Shown: positions 41,085 to 55,417, counted from the first letter of the stretch. The stretch is DNA of 64,000 bases from Acidobacteriota bacterium (GCA_965248695.1 CBDFKD010000002.1:96001-160000), one strand, 5' to 3'. A program made the numbers and translations. The notes: generated by a model from the sequence alone, not told the origin.

Positions 41085-43603
41085 CTAGCCCTGAATCGAA
41101 TCCACCAGCGCGGCGATCTCCGCGCTGCCAACAAGGGCTGCGAAGTCCGGCTCGGCGGTGATCAACGCGGCGTCGGAAAGCCCGTATTCCGCTGCCCGGC
41201 CCAGCCACTCGAGCGCAGCGCCGTGATCACCTCGCCTCGCCTCGAGGCGCGCGAGCTGATAGGTCGTATCCACCGTGTCCGGATGCGCCTCGCCGAGGAG
41301 ACGTAGCTCGATTTCGAGAGTTTGCCGATAAAGAGCATTGGCCTCATCGAACCGACGCTGATCGCGAAACAACGTCGCCAGGTTGTACATCGACCACTGC
41401 GTGCGGATGTGTTCCCCACCGAGGACATCGCGACGAAGCTCGAGGGTTTCTCGTAGCCACGGTTCGGCTTCGTCATAGCGACCATCCTTCTGATACGCCT
41501 CCCCCAGCAGGTTCATCGACTCCAACGTATCCGGATGTCCAGCGCCGAGCGTGCGCCTGGCTACCGCGATGCTGGGCGCCATGATCGCAGCGACCTCGTC
41601 GTAGCGCTCTCGATAAAAGAACGTCAGCGCCAGGACGTACTCCGTGGTCAGCGTGTAGCGGTGCTCCGCCCCGAGGATGCGCCGGCGCCCGTCAAGCGCC
41701 TCGCGAGCGCGAGACTCGGCCTCCTCATACCGACCGAGGCTGTTGTTCACCGATGCGAGATTGTGGATCAACGTAAGCGTCGCGGGGCGGTCCGCATCGT
41801 CGATGCGCCGCAACCCGGCCAGCGACTGGCGATACAGGCGGTCAGCATCCTCGAACCGCCCCTGATTCTGATTTACGGCCGCCAGGGTGTTGATTGCTCT
41901 CAGCGTGGCCTCGTGATCATCACCGACCACTCGGCGCAGGGTCTCGACGACGCCCTCCAAGCCCGCTGCAGCGTCGTCGTACCGACCCTGTCCACTCTGC
42001 GCCAGTGCCACATAGCGCATCGACTCCAGCGTTTCGAGGTGATCATCTCCCAGCGCGATCCGCTGCAGCTCCAGCGTCGCGGCCGCGAGCTGCTCGGCAA
42101 GCTCATAGCGCCCTCTCTCGACGTGAAGCGCTACCAGATCGGCCATCGAGGCAAGCGTCTCCGGCGCGTCTATCCCCAGCAGGTCGCGCCGCGACGACAG
42201 CGCCTGTTCCAAAAGCGGAACCGCCGACTCGTACAATCCTAGCCTGGAATACACATCGCCCATCGTCGCCATCAGCTGCGCTTGTGTCAGCGGCTGACCG
42301 CGCAGCTCGGTCGAGATCCGCGCCACACCCTGGTCGAGGATCTCTCGCGCCGTGATTGCGTTGCCCAGCGCCTCGCTCGGCGCCGAGACCTCGAACAACC
42401 CGGTCAGAAAGCTCGATACTTCGCGAGCCGTCTCGGCTTCGCGATTCGCCCGATCTCGCTCACGCGCGATGCGAGCGGTTTGCACGCCCATGGCGATCCC
42501 GAAGCCGATCAGCATGACGGTCAGCACGGCGGCGGCGGCAACGCCGATTCGGTGTCGGCGCGCGAACTTTCGCAGACGATATGCTGCGCTCGGCGGCGTC
42601 GCCTCGACCGGCTCGTCAGCCAGGTAGCGGCCGATGTCGGCAGACAGATCGGCCGGCGAGCCGTAGCGGCGCGAGCGATCCTTCGCCATCGCCTTCATGG
42701 TGATCCAGTCGAGATCCCCGCGTAGCTCGCCAACCAGCCGCATCGGATCGGTCTGGCGTCGAGCGGCGGCGGTGACCGACGCCTCACCCAGGCTGCTGAC
42801 GCGCGTGCTCGGCTTCGACGGCTCCTCGTCGCGGATGCGTCGATGGATCTCGAGCAGGCCGGCCTCGCGCAGCTCGCGCGGGTCGAACGGCAACGCCCCG
42901 ACGAGCAGCTCGTACAGCACGACCCCGAGCGCGTAGACATCTGTCCGCGTGTCGATGCCCTGTGGGCTCATCTCAGCCTGCTCAGGGCTCATGTACTCCG
43001 GGGTCCCGATCAGCTGACCGAGCTCGGTGAACACCGAGCGCTCAGTGAGCCGTTGAGCAGTTGCCTTGGCAACGCCGAAGTCGATGATCTTCGGAGCCGC
43101 TTCACCGTCGCGGATCGCCACCAGCACGTTGGACGGCTTGATGTCGCGGTGAATGATTGCTTTGTGGTGCGCATGCTGAACGCCATCGCATACGCGCTGC
43201 AGCAGCTCCAGTCGCTCCCTTACGCTCAGCCGATTGCGGTCGCAGTGCACGTTGATCGGGATTCCCTCAACGTACTCCATGACGAAGTACGGTCGCCCGG
43301 CCTCGGTTGCTCCGGCGTCGAACACCTTCGCGATACAGGGATGATCCATCATCGCCAGCGCCTGCCGCTCGGCCTCGAAGCGCGCCACCACCTGTTTAGT
43401 GTCCATGCCGTGCTTGATCGTCTTCAGCGCCACACGGCGGCGCACGGCGCCAGCTGTTCGGCCAGGTAGACGTCACCCATGCCGCCTTCGCCGAGCTTCT
43501 GCAGGATCCGGTAGGGTCCGATCGTTTCCGGGACCTCGAGCGGCGACGCCGAGGCCGCCGTCGGGTGATCGGGGGGCGCGGTCGGGTCCGTGGGGTCGGT
43601 CAT
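41085..43603 (-). CDS. Ser/Thr protein kinase with TM helix and TPR repeats, carrying a 1-bp frameshift near 43446
   Basis: LGEGGMGDVY in one frame; VALK, HRDIKPSN, DFG, GTPEYMSPE and TPRs in the next. Confidence 0.85.
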
Positions 43604-43748
43604 TGCTGGAGCCTGCGCAAGCCTGAGTTGTGTCATCGGGCGCCGGCGCTCATCTTACCCGCGCAACACACGGTGGCCGAAAGTAGCACGTCCCCGATGG
43701 CTGTCCCATCGACGACTAGTGGCCACTAGACTATGTCCTGGTGATGCG

Positions 43749-45131
43749 ATGACCGACCCGGAGCGATCCATGCGCCCACGACCCATCCTGCTCTGCGCCT
43801 CGTATCTGGCCTTGCTGCTGTGTCTGGCTGGCGACGCCGCCGCATGGAGCCGCCAGGGCCATATGGTCACTGCCGCGATCGCCTACCAGGAGCTGCGCCA
43901 ATCCGACCCGGCTGCGCTGCGTACCGTCGTCGAGCTACTCGAGCACCATCCGCATTTCGCCGACCAGCTGGCACCACCCCGGAGCTGGAACCTGGACGAC
44001 GAGGACCGCGAACAGGCCATCTTCATGCGCGCCGCGCGCTGGGCCGACGACATCCGCTCCGGACGCCACGAGAGCTATAGCCGGCCGACATGGCACTACG
44101 TCAACTATCACTATTCGCCACCGAACGAGCTGACGCCGCCGGCGGGAAGCGGCGACGGGGAGCTGCTCAACGCGCTGCGCGACAACACCGCGACGCTGGC
44201 TACGAGCGACCGCGCGGCGGACCGCGCCGTGGCGCTGACCTGGCTGTTTCACCTCGTCGGCGATATCCACCAACCACTGCACTCCGTTGCCCTTACCACC
44301 GAGCGTTACCCGGACGGTGATCGTGGCGGCAACCTCTTCTACATTCGCGCCCGACCGAACGCACGGACCATCAACCTGCATCAACTCTGGGACACGCTAG
44401 TCATCGGAACCGATCGCTTTCAAGAGGTCCGGAACCGAGCTGCGGAGATCCGCCAGCGCCGAGGCACGGGCACCAGAGACGGCACCGTGGGCCGGGATTT
44501 CGCGCGCTGGGCGTCGGAAGGGGCGCGCATTGCCGTCGAGCACGTGTACCTGAACGGGAAGTTGCGCGGCGGCACGCAGGAGGCCGGCGCGGTATTGCCC
44601 GCCGGATACCTCGAGGACATTCAGCCGATCGCCGAGCGGCGGGCAATGCTGGCCGGACACCGGCTGGCGCAACTGCTTCGGGGGACGCTTGCCGAACCTC
44701 GGCGACAAACGCCCCCGAACGATCTCGACGCCCTGGCGTTCATGGCCGGCTGCTGGGAAGGATCTTTCGGCGGCGGGCGCGGCACCATCTCGGAGCACTA
44801 CACGTCGCCCACGAAGAACCTTATCCTGGGCACGACGCGGTACATCCGCGACGGCACCGCGGTGCAATTCGAGTTCGCTCGTATTCAGGTAACGAACAAC
44901 AGCATCGTGCTGACGCCCTACCCGAACGGAAGGCAGTCGCCGAGCTCGTTCCGGCTGACCTCGTTGATCGATCGTCGGGCGATCTTCGAGGCGCCGGAGC
45001 ATGACTTCCCGAAGCGAATCGTCTACGCGGCCCAGGACGATGGGACGCTCAGAGCCCAGATCGACGGCGGAGCGGACGACGCTGAGCCTCGTGGCTGGCA
45101 CCTGAGACCGACGGCCTGCGACTCGCCATGA
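43749..45131 (+). CDS. Secreted S1/P1 nuclease fused to a C-terminal DUF6265-like domain
   Basis: Mature N-terminus WSRQGH, WAD, WHY, HLVGDIHQPLH, NLHQLWD; tail LAFMAGCWEG...EHDFPKRIVY. Confidence 0.8.
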   Translation: MTDPERSMRPRPILLCASYLALLLCLAGDAAAWSRQGHMVTAAIAYQELRQSDPAALRTVVELLEHHPHFADQLAPPRSWNLDDEDREQAIFMRAARWADDIRSGRHESYSRPTWHYVNYHYSPPNELTPPAGSGDGELLNALRDNTATLATSDRAADRAVALTWLFHLVGDIHQPLHSVALTTERYPDGDRGGNLFYIRARPNARTINLHQLWDTLVIGTDRFQEVRNRAAEIRQRRGTGTRDGTVGRDFARWASEGARIAVEHVYLNGKLRGGTQEAGAVLPAGYLEDIQPIAERRAMLAGHRLAQLLRGTLAEPRRQTPPNDLDALAFMAGCWEGSFGGGRGTISEHYTSPTKNLILGTTRYIRDGTAVQFEFARIQVTNNSIVLTPYPNGRQSPSSFRLTSLIDRRAIFEAPEHDFPKRIVYAAQDDGTLRAQIDGGADDAEPRGWHLRPTACDSP

Positions 45132-45149
45132 CAACCAGGCGGGCCGCGA

Positions 45150-48100
45150 TCAGGCCGGTCGTCCGAGATATGCGCGCAACTGCGGCGGCACGCTTCGCCG
45201 CACCAGGGCGCTCTGCAGCCGCCAACGGACATCGGGTTCCTCGTCGACCAGGAAGCGGACCTCACCTGCTTCGCGAACCGCCACCGGCACACCCGCCTGA
45301 TAGAGCACGCGGTTGTCGGCAATCGCGGTAACACGGCCACCCGGCGTAATGATGCCGACAAGGTTGAGGGGGTCGGCGGCGCTCAGCGAGACCAGGGCTT
45401 TATCCTCAGCTCGTCGAATCTTCCGGAGCCTTCCGACGGCCTCGGGCAGCGCGAACTGCTCGCCCTGGAATCCGGCCACGAAACGGCCTCCACGGATTTC
45501 ACCGCGCGCCTCCAGGCGACGATAGACGCGTACCAGGTCGCGCCACGGCGGCGCAGTACCCTCGCGCGTCAACAGCCGGCGGAAGACCACCCCGTAACGC
45601 CGTAGATAGAGTCGCGCGGCTCCCTCGATAGCCTCGACAGTGAGTCGGTGTCCGGTGTCGGCCACGCCGCCCCCCGGGCTGGCGTCACCGTCCGCCGCGC
45701 CGTCGACCGACACAGCGCCGATGCGTGTCCGGGCCAGTGACCACCGGCCGGCGTTCTCCATACCGAAGATCGCGGTCCGACCGCGCCGCTTCCCACCCTT
45801 GATCGGGCGGCGGCGGCTCGACGGCACCAGCAAGGCGCGCAGGCCGATGAAAGAATCCGCCGTCACCAGACCCCAGGCCGCAAGCTCGCCGAGGGGCTCT
45901 TCCAGCTGACTGTCGAGCTGTCCGGTAGCACGAGCGAGGTCGCCGAAGAAGCTGGCACCGTCGCGCTGCAGCGCAGCGAGCGTGTCTCGGGCGGCAGCCG
46001 ACAACGACAGCCCCTCCGGGTCGGCGCCCGGCGCCAGCTCTTCCCACAGATCGAGGCTACCGCGAGTCAGCAACGCAATCGGCGTGCTGCGGTTCGGTCC
46101 CGATCGCGGGTTGGCGCGTGGCCCTCGCCCCGGTGGCGTGAGCCTCCCCCAGGCGACGCGACCGGACAAGCACAGCGTGTCGAGCCACACTGGATCGTAC
46201 TGCAGCAATCGGGCCGGCAGGATCTCCGACTCCCAGGCGGCGGCCGGTGCCTCGAACCCCTCGAGCTGCTCCACGAGTGCGCCGAGGCTGTCGGGGCCTT
46301 CGGCCTGCTCGCCGGGCGCGACACGCTGCCAGGCGAACAGGAAGCGCATGAAATCACGCGCCATCACGGGCTCAATCTCGGCCCGCAGTCGGTTGAGCGT
46401 GTATCGATGGATCCGCGACAACAGTCGCCGCTCACACCATTCCGTGGTTTCCAGGCCGGCGGAAAAACGACCGCGGAAGGCGAACCCTTCGGCCTCGAGG
46501 CCGAGCAGCGCGGCATCGATTCGACGCTCGTCCAGTCGCAGTGAATCGGCCAGTTGCGCGACGGTCACCGGGCCGAGCGCCTGGAGCCGTCCCCGAACGA
46601 TCTCGATCAGCGCCTCTTCCGCCGTCCACTCCCGGCGGGAGGCGCGCGCCGGCGCCGAGATCCTCGGGACCATGTCCCATTCAGGCGCCAGCGACCCTAG
46701 CATGGCGTCAAAGAGCGGCAGCCGCTCCGCCGCCGCCCAAATCCGACGTCCATCCTCGGCGTCGTCACCGGATCCACCGAGGATCAGCGTCGTGGCGCGC
46801 CGGTCGCGCACGAGGGTCTCGAAGTGCTCGGTCCACTCGATGCCCTCCGACTGGGCGATGAATCCGTGCAGCAGCAGCGCGTCGTGGAGCTCGTCGGGCC
46901 CTTCGGCAGCGGGCCAGGCCTCGCTTCGAACGCGGTCGATCGCCGCTTGATCGAGGGCGGACAGATCGTCAGCCGATTGCGGATCCGCCAAATGGCGGGT
47001 CTGGATCGCCAGCGTCCGACGCTCCTCGAGCGGCGCGTCGTCGAGGAAGGCGTAGGGCTTGGCGGAGATGATCTCGTGGGCCAACGGCGACGGCTCGCGC
47101 ACGTCGCGCGCCGATAGCTTCTTGTGCCCGCCGACGATCTGGTCCAGCAACGACTTGAACTCATCGAAGTCCATCGCTTCCTGAAGGCAATCACGGATCG
47201 TCTGCTCGATGAGCGGGTGGTCCGGCACCTCACGGGCGCCCTGGATGTTCTCTAGGCAGGCGAGGGAGTCAGGGAAGATCACCGCCAGCAGGTCCTCGGC
47301 ATCCATCCGCTGTAGGGCCGGTGCCAGTCGCTTGCCGCCCACCCATCGCTTCACCGCCAGCGAGCGCGCCGCGTTCCAGCGCCAACGAACCGGGAACATG
47401 GGTGCGTCGAGAAACGCCTGTACCAGCTTGTCGCGCACACTTCCGGGCTGCAGGTATTGGAAGACCTCCTCGAGCGGAAAGCTGTGTGTCGGCCCGAGCG
47501 ACAGGATCAGCGCATCGTCGCTAGCGGCGGCTTGGAGCTCGAAGTTGAAGGTCCGACAGAACACCTTGCGCAACGCCAGGCCCCAAGCACGATTGACCCG
47601 CATTCCGAAGGGCGAATGCACCACGACGTGCATGTCGCCGGCCTCGTCGAAGAAGCGCTCCATGACGATGTTGTCGCGCGTCGGCATCGAGGCCAGCGCC
47701 GTCCGCGACGCCGCCAGGTACTCGACTGCCGCTCGGGCCGCGACCTCGCCGATTCCGACCTCGTCGCGGAGCCATTCGATCGCCGTGTTCAGGGAGCCGA
47801 GATCGAGCTCGTCGCCGACCGGTCCCAGCCTGACATCGATCTCGGTGCGCAAGCGCGATACCGCCTCCGACAGCTCCTTGGTGCGACCCGGCGCCTCGCC
47901 CAGCCAGAACGGTAGGTTGGGAGGCTGTCCCCTGGCATCCTCGACACGCACAGTGCCGGTCTCGACGCGCAAGATTCGCCAGGAGGTATTGCCGAGCTGG
48001 AAGATATCTCCCGGCAGGCTCTCGATGGCGAAGTCCTCGTCCAATGTCCCGACCTGCAGGCCCTGCGGTTCCTGCAGAACCTTGAACTCGAAGGCGTCCG

Positions 48101-49598
48101 GTATCGCCCCACCACACGTGATCGCCGCCAGCCGGGCACCGCGACGACCGCGAACCCGACCGTTCACCGCATCCAGATGCAGGTAGCGTCCACGACGCCC
48201 GCGCCGCGTGCTGAATCCCTCGGCAAGCATGTCGATGGTGCTGTCGAACTCCTTCCGCGAGAGATCACGAAACGGGTAGGCACCGGTGACGAGGTCGAAC
48301 AGCGCCGCCTCCGACCAGTCCTCCGCTGCAGCAGCGGCGACGATCTGCTGCGCCAGAATATCGAGCGGCTTGTCAGGCACCACCAGCCGATCTAGCTCGC
48401 CGCGCCGTGCAGCGTCAATCGCCGCGATGCACTCGACAAGATCGTCACGCGACAACGGGAACAGCCTGCCCTTGGGAACGCCACCGACGTGGTGGCTGGC
48501 TCTTCCGACACGCTGCAGCAGCGTGTTGATCGCCCGCGGCGAGCCCATCTGGACGACCAGGTCAATCGCACCGATGTCGATGCCGAGCTCCAGCGACGCC
48601 GTCGCTACCAGCGCCGAAAGGCTGCCCTCCTTGAGACGCGTCTCGGCATCGAGGCGCTGCTCCGTTGAAAGCGAGCCATGGTGTGAGGTCACCTCGCCCT
48701 CACCAACCCGATCGCTCAGGTGCTTCGCCATGCGCTCCGCCATGCGTCGCGTGTTGACGAAGATGAGCGTCGTGCGGTGCTCGCCGATGAGCGCCGCGAG
48801 GCGATCGTAGATCTCCTCCCACACCTCGCCCGCCATGACCGCCTCGAGCGGCGACCTTGGCATCTCGATCGCCAGATCCATGTCTCGAAGGCCGACGGCG
48901 TCGATCACCTCGCAGTCGGGGAGACCCTGAGCGTCGACGTGTCGTTGTCCGACCAGGAACCGTGCCACTTCCTCGATCGGCTTCTGGGTCGCCGACAGTC
49001 CGATGCGCAACAGCGGGCCAGCGACCAGCGCCTCGAGGCGCTCGAGCGAGAGCGCCAAGTGCGAACCGCGCTTATCGTCGGCGACAGCGTGAATCTCGTC
49101 GACGATGACGGTCTTGACGCGCGACAGCATGCCCCGCCCGCCGTCTGAGGTAAGCAGCAGGTAGAGCGACTCGGGGGTGGTCACCAGGATGTGCGGTGGT
49201 GTCTTGAGCATCCGCTGCCGCTCCGACGAAGGCGTGTCGCCGCTACGCACAGCGGTACGTACTTCGGGGCTCGGCAGCCCGCGATCCATCAACTCGTAGG
49301 CGATGCCCTCCAGCGGCAGCCGCAGGTTCTTGCGCACATCGTTGGACAACGCTTTCAGCGGCGATACGTAGACCACCTGGGTAGCGTCTTCGAGGCTACC
49401 GTCGAGACCCTGGCGCACGAGATCGTCAATGGCGGCGAGGAAGGCGGCCAGTGTCTTGCCCGAGCCGGTGGGGGCGGCGATGAGGGTGTGGCGGCCGGCC
49501 TGGATCGCGGGCCAGCCGCGTTGCTGCGGCTCGGTGGGCGTATCGAACGTGCGTCGAAACCAGGCCTCTACGGCCGGGTGAAAGTTCTGCAGCGTCAT
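45150..49598 (-). CDS. lhr: Lhr-family large SF2 DEAH-box helicase with C-terminal domain
   Basis: [43 protein letters not shown]; C-terminal RRYGVV...GRFV. Confidence 0.9.
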   Translation of the reverse strand: MTLQNFHPAVEAWFRRTFDTPTEPQQRGWPAIQAGRHTLIAAPTGSGKTLAAFLAAIDDLVRQGLDGSLEDATQVVYVSPLKALSNDVRKNLRLPLEGIAYELMDRGLPSPEVRTAVRSGDTPSSERQRMLKTPPHILVTTPESLYLLLTSDGGRGMLSRVKTVIVDEIHAVADDKRGSHLALSLERLEALVAGPLLRIGLSATQKPIEEVARFLVGQRHVDAQGLPDCEVIDAVGLRDMDLAIEMPRSPLEAVMAGEVWEEIYDRLAALIGEHRTTLIFVNTRRMAERMAKHLSDRVGEGEVTSHHGSLSTEQRLDAETRLKEGSLSALVATASLELGIDIGAIDLVVQMGSPRAINTLLQRVGRASHHVGGVPKGRLFPLSRDDLVECIAAIDAARRGELDRLVVPDKPLDILAQQIVAAAAAEDWSEAALFDLVTGAYPFRDLSRKEFDSTIDMLAEGFSTRRGRRGRYLHLDAVNGRVRGRRGARLAAITCGGAIPDAFEFKVLQEPQGLQVGTLDEDFAIESLPGDIFQLGNTSWRILRVETGTVRVEDARGQPPNLPFWLGEAPGRTKELSEAVSRLRTEIDVRLGPVGDELDLGSLNTAIEWLRDEVGIGEVAARAAVEYLAASRTALASMPTRDNIVMERFFDEAGDMHVVVHSPFGMRVNRAWGLALRKVFCRTFNFELQAAASDDALILSLGPTHSFPLEEVFQYLQPGSVRDKLVQAFLDAPMFPVRWRWNAARSLAVKRWVGGKRLAPALQRMDAEDLLAVIFPDSLACLENIQGAREVPDHPLIEQTIRDCLQEAMDFDEFKSLLDQIVGGHKKLSARDVREPSPLAHEIISAKPYAFLDDAPLEERRTLAIQTRHLADPQSADDLSALDQAAIDRVRSEAWPAAEGPDELHDALLLHGFIAQSEGIEWTEHFETLVRDRRATTLILGGSGDDAEDGRRIWAAAERLPLFDAMLGSLAPEWDMVPRISAPARASRREWTAEEALIEIVRGRLQALGPVTVAQLADSLRLDERRIDAALLGLEAEGFAFRGRFSAGLETTEWCERRLLSRIHRYTLNRLRAEIEPVMARDFMRFLFAWQRVAPGEQAEGPDSLGALVEQLEGFEAPAAAWESEILPARLLQYDPVWLDTLCLSGRVAWGRLTPPGRGPRANPRSGPNRSTPIALLTRGSLDLWEELAPGADPEGLSLSAAARDTLAALQRDGASFFGDLARATGQLDSQLEEPLGELAAWGLVTADSFIGLRALLVPSSRRRPIKGGKRRGRTAIFGMENAGRWSLARTRIGAVSVDGAADGDASPGGGVADTGHRLTVEAIEGAARLYLRRYGVVFRRLLTREGTAPPWRDLVRVYRRLEARGEIRGGRFVAGFQGEQFALPEAVGRLRKIRRAEDKALVSLSAADPLNLVGIITPGGRVTAIADNRVLYQAGVPVAVREAGEVRFLVDEEPDVRWRLQSALVRRSVPPQLRAYLGRPA

Positions 49599-49754
49599 CG
49601 CCGAAGTATATGCTTTGGGCCGCCGCGGTCCCCGGCAGCTCGCCGGGCCACACGGCCAGACCGCGGTACAGTGCGGCCGTCCGCCGCCCGAGTCGTCTGA
49701 AGCGACCGCACGGCGCGCCCTCAGCACACCAAGCTACCGCTCCCGGAGCCGATC

Positions 49755-51388
<1,634 letters not shown>

Positions 51389-51392
<4 letters not shown>

Positions 51393-52312
51393 GGCCTGTC
51401 GCTGCCGGCACGCATCTGATCGACGTGCACTTTCGTGGCCGCCCGGAGTATCTCGGCTGCTACGTTGTCGAGGCCGGTGCCGGCGTCATCCTGGTGGATC
51501 CTGGCCCGTCGTCGTCGCTGGCTGAGCTAGAGGACGGACTGCGGCTCGGTGGTCTGTCGATCGACAACGTGAGCACGATTCTTCTGACCCACATTCACCT
51601 CGACCACGCCGGAGCCACGGGCACGCTGGTGGCGCGAAATCCGTCCATCCGCGTCTACGTGCACCAGCGCGGCGCTCGGCACATGATCGATCCGGAGCGA
51701 CTGCTGGCCAGCGCCGGACGTCTCTACGGAGATCGGATGGACGAGCTGTGGGGCCCTTTCGTGGCGGTTCCCGCGGGAAACGTCGCAACGGTGGAAGGTG
51801 GCGAGACCATCAGTGTCGGAGGCCGCGGACTGCTCGTCGAGCACACCCCAGGGCACGCAAAGCACCATGTGAGCTACTTCGACCCCGGCACCGGCGTCGC
51901 CTACGTCGGCGACGCGCTCGGCGTCCGCATCGACAACCGTCCCTACGTCATTCCGGCGACCCCCCCACCGGACGTCGATCTGACCGGCTGGGCGGAGGCC
52001 ACCGCCAGGATCCGCGCCTGGAACCCGACCCTGCTGTGTCCGACGCATTTCGGCCCGGCGCGCCCCGTGGAACAGCACATCGATGAGCATGAGCGGCGAC
52101 TGGCGGACTGGGCCGCGATCGTCCGGGCCGATCTGGACTCCGGTACCGACGACGAGGCGTGTGCGGCGCGCTTTCGCCAGCGAGTAAACAACGACCTCGA
52201 GGCGGCGCTGCCAGGCGACGCCGATACCTACATTGCCAACAGCGCGGCAACCGACTCCTGGTGGGGATTGGCGCGCTACTTTCGCAAGCTCGCAGAAGGC
52301 AGCTCGCGGTGA
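51389..52312 (+). CDS. MBL-fold metallo-hydrolase
   Basis: THIHLDHAG, TPGHAKHH, GD, THFG; GTGA overlap. Confidence 0.88.
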
Positions 52313-54132
52313 GCCAGGGGCGGTTGCGGGCGACGGTTCCGGCGTCACGCGTACTGCTGACGATCGCCGTGGCGCTGTTCGTTCCCATCGGCGGGTCCGT
52401 CGGGGCGCCCGCGAGGTCACCGCTCCGCGCTGACTCGGGAGATGCAGAATCGGCGCTCGCTTCGCTGATCGAAGAGGTGGTCGCGTTTCGTGGCGCCGAC
52501 CGCAGCCTGCCGCTTCCCGAGGGGGCAGATTCGCGCTACGAGAACCGTCTCGACGGTGTCTCGCTGGTGCGATTCGACGAAGAGCTGGCCACGACGCAGA
52601 GCTTCCGCCAACGGCTGAGCGACATCGATCTGGACGAGCTGGAGTCGGACACCGCGATAGACGCGCGCATCCTCTCCATCCAGCTACGCGACCGCGCCAA
52701 CGAGTTGATCCACCGTGGGCACCTTATGCCCATTGGCAGCCGCTACGGGTTTCATTTCGGCTTCGCCGGCGCCCCCGAAAGCGACACGTTCCGCGACGTC
52801 GAGAACTACGATCGCTACGTCGCGCGACTGCAATCGTTCGGGGCCCATGCACACGGCCAGATCGCGCTGATGCGCGCCGGCATCGCCGCCGGACTGGTCC
52901 TCCCGTCTGCCGTCCTGACGGGATACGAGAGCACCGCGAGCGTGCATCTGGCGGACCATCCGCGCCAGAGCGGCTTCTGGTCGCCCTTCGAGCGCATGCC
53001 CGACTCGATCGACCCTGCAGATCGCCAGCGCCTGAGCCGCGACGGCGAAGCGGCGATTGTCGACTCGGTAATCCCGGGCTACCGGGCACTGTTCGAGTTC
53101 CTGCGCGACGAGTACGTCCCCGCCGGCCGCGCCACGCTCGGGGTCACGGACTTGCCCGGAGGGCGCTCCTATTACGCCCATCGGGTGCACATGTACACCA
53201 CCCTCGACCTGACGCCGCGCGAGGTGCACGAAATCGGCCTCCAGGGCGTTGCCACGATCCTCGCAGCGATGGAAACGATCATGGGCGAGGTCGGCTTTAC
53301 GGGAAGCCATCTGCAGTTCGTCGAGCATCTGCGGACCGAGCCGCGCTTCTATGTCGACACGGAGCGTGACTATCTCGCCGCCGTAGCCTACGCCGCAAAG
53401 CAAATGGAGGGCCATCTACCCGAGCTCTTCGGATTGCTGCCGCGGACACCCTACGGTGTGCGCGCGATTCCGGCACATGTGGCCCCGCGTCACTCGGCTG
53501 GCTACTACGACCGCGGCGACGACGACGGAACGCGCGCCGGCTGGATCAACATCAATACGTCCCAGCTGACCAGCAGGCCGCTATTCGTAGCCCGTGCGCT
53601 CGCATACCACGAGGGCGTTCCGGGTCATCACCTGCAGATCATGCTCACACGCGAGAACGAGCTTCTGTCCGACTTTCGGCGCAGCTCCGGCATCACCGTG
53701 TTCACCGAGGGCTGGGGCCTGTATGCGGAGAAGCTCGGCATGGAGGTAGGCCTCTACGAGGATCCCTACGATCGTTTCGGTATGTGGAGCTATCAGATCT
53801 GGCGCGCCTGTCGGCTAGTCGTCGATACCGGGATGCACGCCCTCGGCTGGACGCGGGCGGAGGCAATCGCCTACATGGCCGAGCACACCGGGATGGCACT
53901 CGATACGGTCACCGCGGAGATCGATCGGCACATAACCGAACCCGGCCAGGGACTCGCATACACCTTCGGCGAGTTGAAGATCACCGAGCTGCGGCAGCGC
54001 GCCAGTGAGCGCCTTGGCGACCGGTTCGACCTGCGCGCATTCCACGACGTGGTGCTGGGAAACGGCGCCCTACCGCTGTCCATTCTCGAGGAGGTCGTCG
54101 TGGCCTGGATCGAGGAGACACCCGGAGCATGA
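52309..54132 (+). CDS. DUF885 family protein (metallopeptidase-like)
   Basis: HEGVPGHH, EGWGLYAE, RACRLVVDTGMH, FDLRAFHD. Confidence 0.88.
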   Translation: MSQGRLRATVPASRVLLTIAVALFVPIGGSVGAPARSPLRADSGDAESALASLIEEVVAFRGADRSLPLPEGADSRYENRLDGVSLVRFDEELATTQSFRQRLSDIDLDELESDTAIDARILSIQLRDRANELIHRGHLMPIGSRYGFHFGFAGAPESDTFRDVENYDRYVARLQSFGAHAHGQIALMRAGIAAGLVLPSAVLTGYESTASVHLADHPRQSGFWSPFERMPDSIDPADRQRLSRDGEAAIVDSVIPGYRALFEFLRDEYVPAGRATLGVTDLPGGRSYYAHRVHMYTTLDLTPREVHEIGLQGVATILAAMETIMGEVGFTGSHLQFVEHLRTEPRFYVDTERDYLAAVAYAAKQMEGHLPELFGLLPRTPYGVRAIPAHVAPRHSAGYYDRGDDDGTRAGWININTSQLTSRPLFVARALAYHEGVPGHHLQIMLTRENELLSDFRRSSGITVFTEGWGLYAEKLGMEVGLYEDPYDRFGMWSYQIWRACRLVVDTGMHALGWTRAEAIAYMAEHTGMALDTVTAEIDRHITEPGQGLAYTFGELKITELRQRASERLGDRFDLRAFHDVVLGNGALPLSILEEVVVAWIEETPGA

Positions 54133-54133
54133 C

Positions 54134-55417
54134 GTGATTGAACCCGAGACACCGACCGACGACCGCGACCGGCTACGCGCGCTCTGGGCGCTGGAGATTC
54201 TCGACACCCCGACCGAAGAGCGCTACGACCGTATCGTCAGGGTGGCCGGACTGACCCTCGAGATGCCCATCGCCTATCTGTCGTTCGTCGACGAGAACCG
54301 TCAGTGGCTAAAGGCGAACATCGGCATGCCGCTTCGCGAGACAGATCGAGATATCTCGTTCTGCGGCCACACCATCCTGGGAGATCGTCCGTTGGTCATA
54401 CCCGACGTGGCGAAAGATGCGCGGTTTCACGACAATCCGATGGTGGTCGGAGATCCCTTCATTCGCTTCTATGCAGGCATACCGTTACGAAGCGCCGACG
54501 GACACAACGTAGGCACGCTCTGCGTCGCCGATCGTCAGCCCCGTAGCTTGTCGGACACTTCGTTGGAGCTTCTCGCGGAGCTCGCCGCGCTTATCGAGCG
54601 GGAGTTGCAACTGGTCGAAGTGATCGACGCGCAACACCGCTTGCTCGAGATCCAGACGACGCTGGCCGAGACTCGCCAGCATATGGCCGAGGAGCTTGCG
54701 AAGGCGGCAGGCTACGTGCGCGGGTTGCTACCGGCGCCCTCCGACGGCGACATCCGCGCTGACTGGCGCCACCTGCCATCCGCCCAGCTGGGCGGTGACA
54801 TCTTCGACTACTACGCGCTCGACGATCACCGGACGGCGATGTACCTGCTCGACGTCGCCGGGCACGGAGTCGGATCGGCGCTGCTGTCGGTCTCGGTGAT
54901 GAGCGTCGTGCGGTCACGGTCGCTCCAGCGAGCTGATTTCGCCGAGCCCGCCGAGGTTCTCGCCGGTCTGAATCGCGAGTTCCGCATGACGGAGCACGAC
55001 AACAAGTTCTTCACCATGTGGTACGGCGTCTACGACGCCCGGACGCAGACACTCACCTACGCCAACGGCGGACATCCGCCTCCGCTCCTGATCACCGACC
55101 GGGCCAGCGGTGGCAACGTGGTGAAGCTGCAGGACTCCGGCCTGATTGTCGGAGCGCTGCCGGACGCTAGCTACGCGTCGAGCACACTGCCGATAGCGGA
55201 GCCGTCATCGCTATACCTGTTCAGCGACGGCGTCTACGAGATTTTCCCGTCCGGGGACGACGACTGTGAGCACATGCTCGGCTACGACGGGTTCGCCGAG
55301 ATACTCACGTCGCAGGGGGGCGCCGACTTGGACGCGACCATCGGGCGTCTACGCGAGTACGGTGGCGGCGGCCCGTTCGACGACGACGTGTCGATCTTGC
55401 ACCTGCGGCTCGGTTAG
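54134..55417 (+). CDS. GAF + SpoIIE/PP2C (RsbU-like) phosphatase
   Basis: GAF (LEILDT..EERYDRI, IRFYAGIPL); GGDIFD, DVAGHG, FSDG, DDVS. Confidence 0.88.
   Translation: MIEPETPTDDRDRLRALWALEILDTPTEERYDRIVRVAGLTLEMPIAYLSFVDENRQWLKANIGMPLRETDRDISFCGHTILGDRPLVIPDVAKDARFHDNPMVVGDPFIRFYAGIPLRSADGHNVGTLCVADRQPRSLSDTSLELLAELAALIERELQLVEVIDAQHRLLEIQTTLAETRQHMAEELAKAAGYVRGLLPAPSDGDIRADWRHLPSAQLGGDIFDYYALDDHRTAMYLLDVAGHGVGSALLSVSVMSVVRSRSLQRADFAEPAEVLAGLNREFRMTEHDNKFFTMWYGVYDARTQTLTYANGGHPPPLLITDRASGGNVVKLQDSGLIVGALPDASYASSTLPIAEPSSLYLFSDGVYEIFPSGDDDCEHMLGYDGFAEILTSQGGADLDATIGRLREYGGGGPFDDDVSILHLRLG

Noticed and set aside
43749-49598. Nuclease + helicase pair as a defence system
   Set aside because: Genes are convergent, the nuclease appears secreted, and Lhr is a widespread repair helicase
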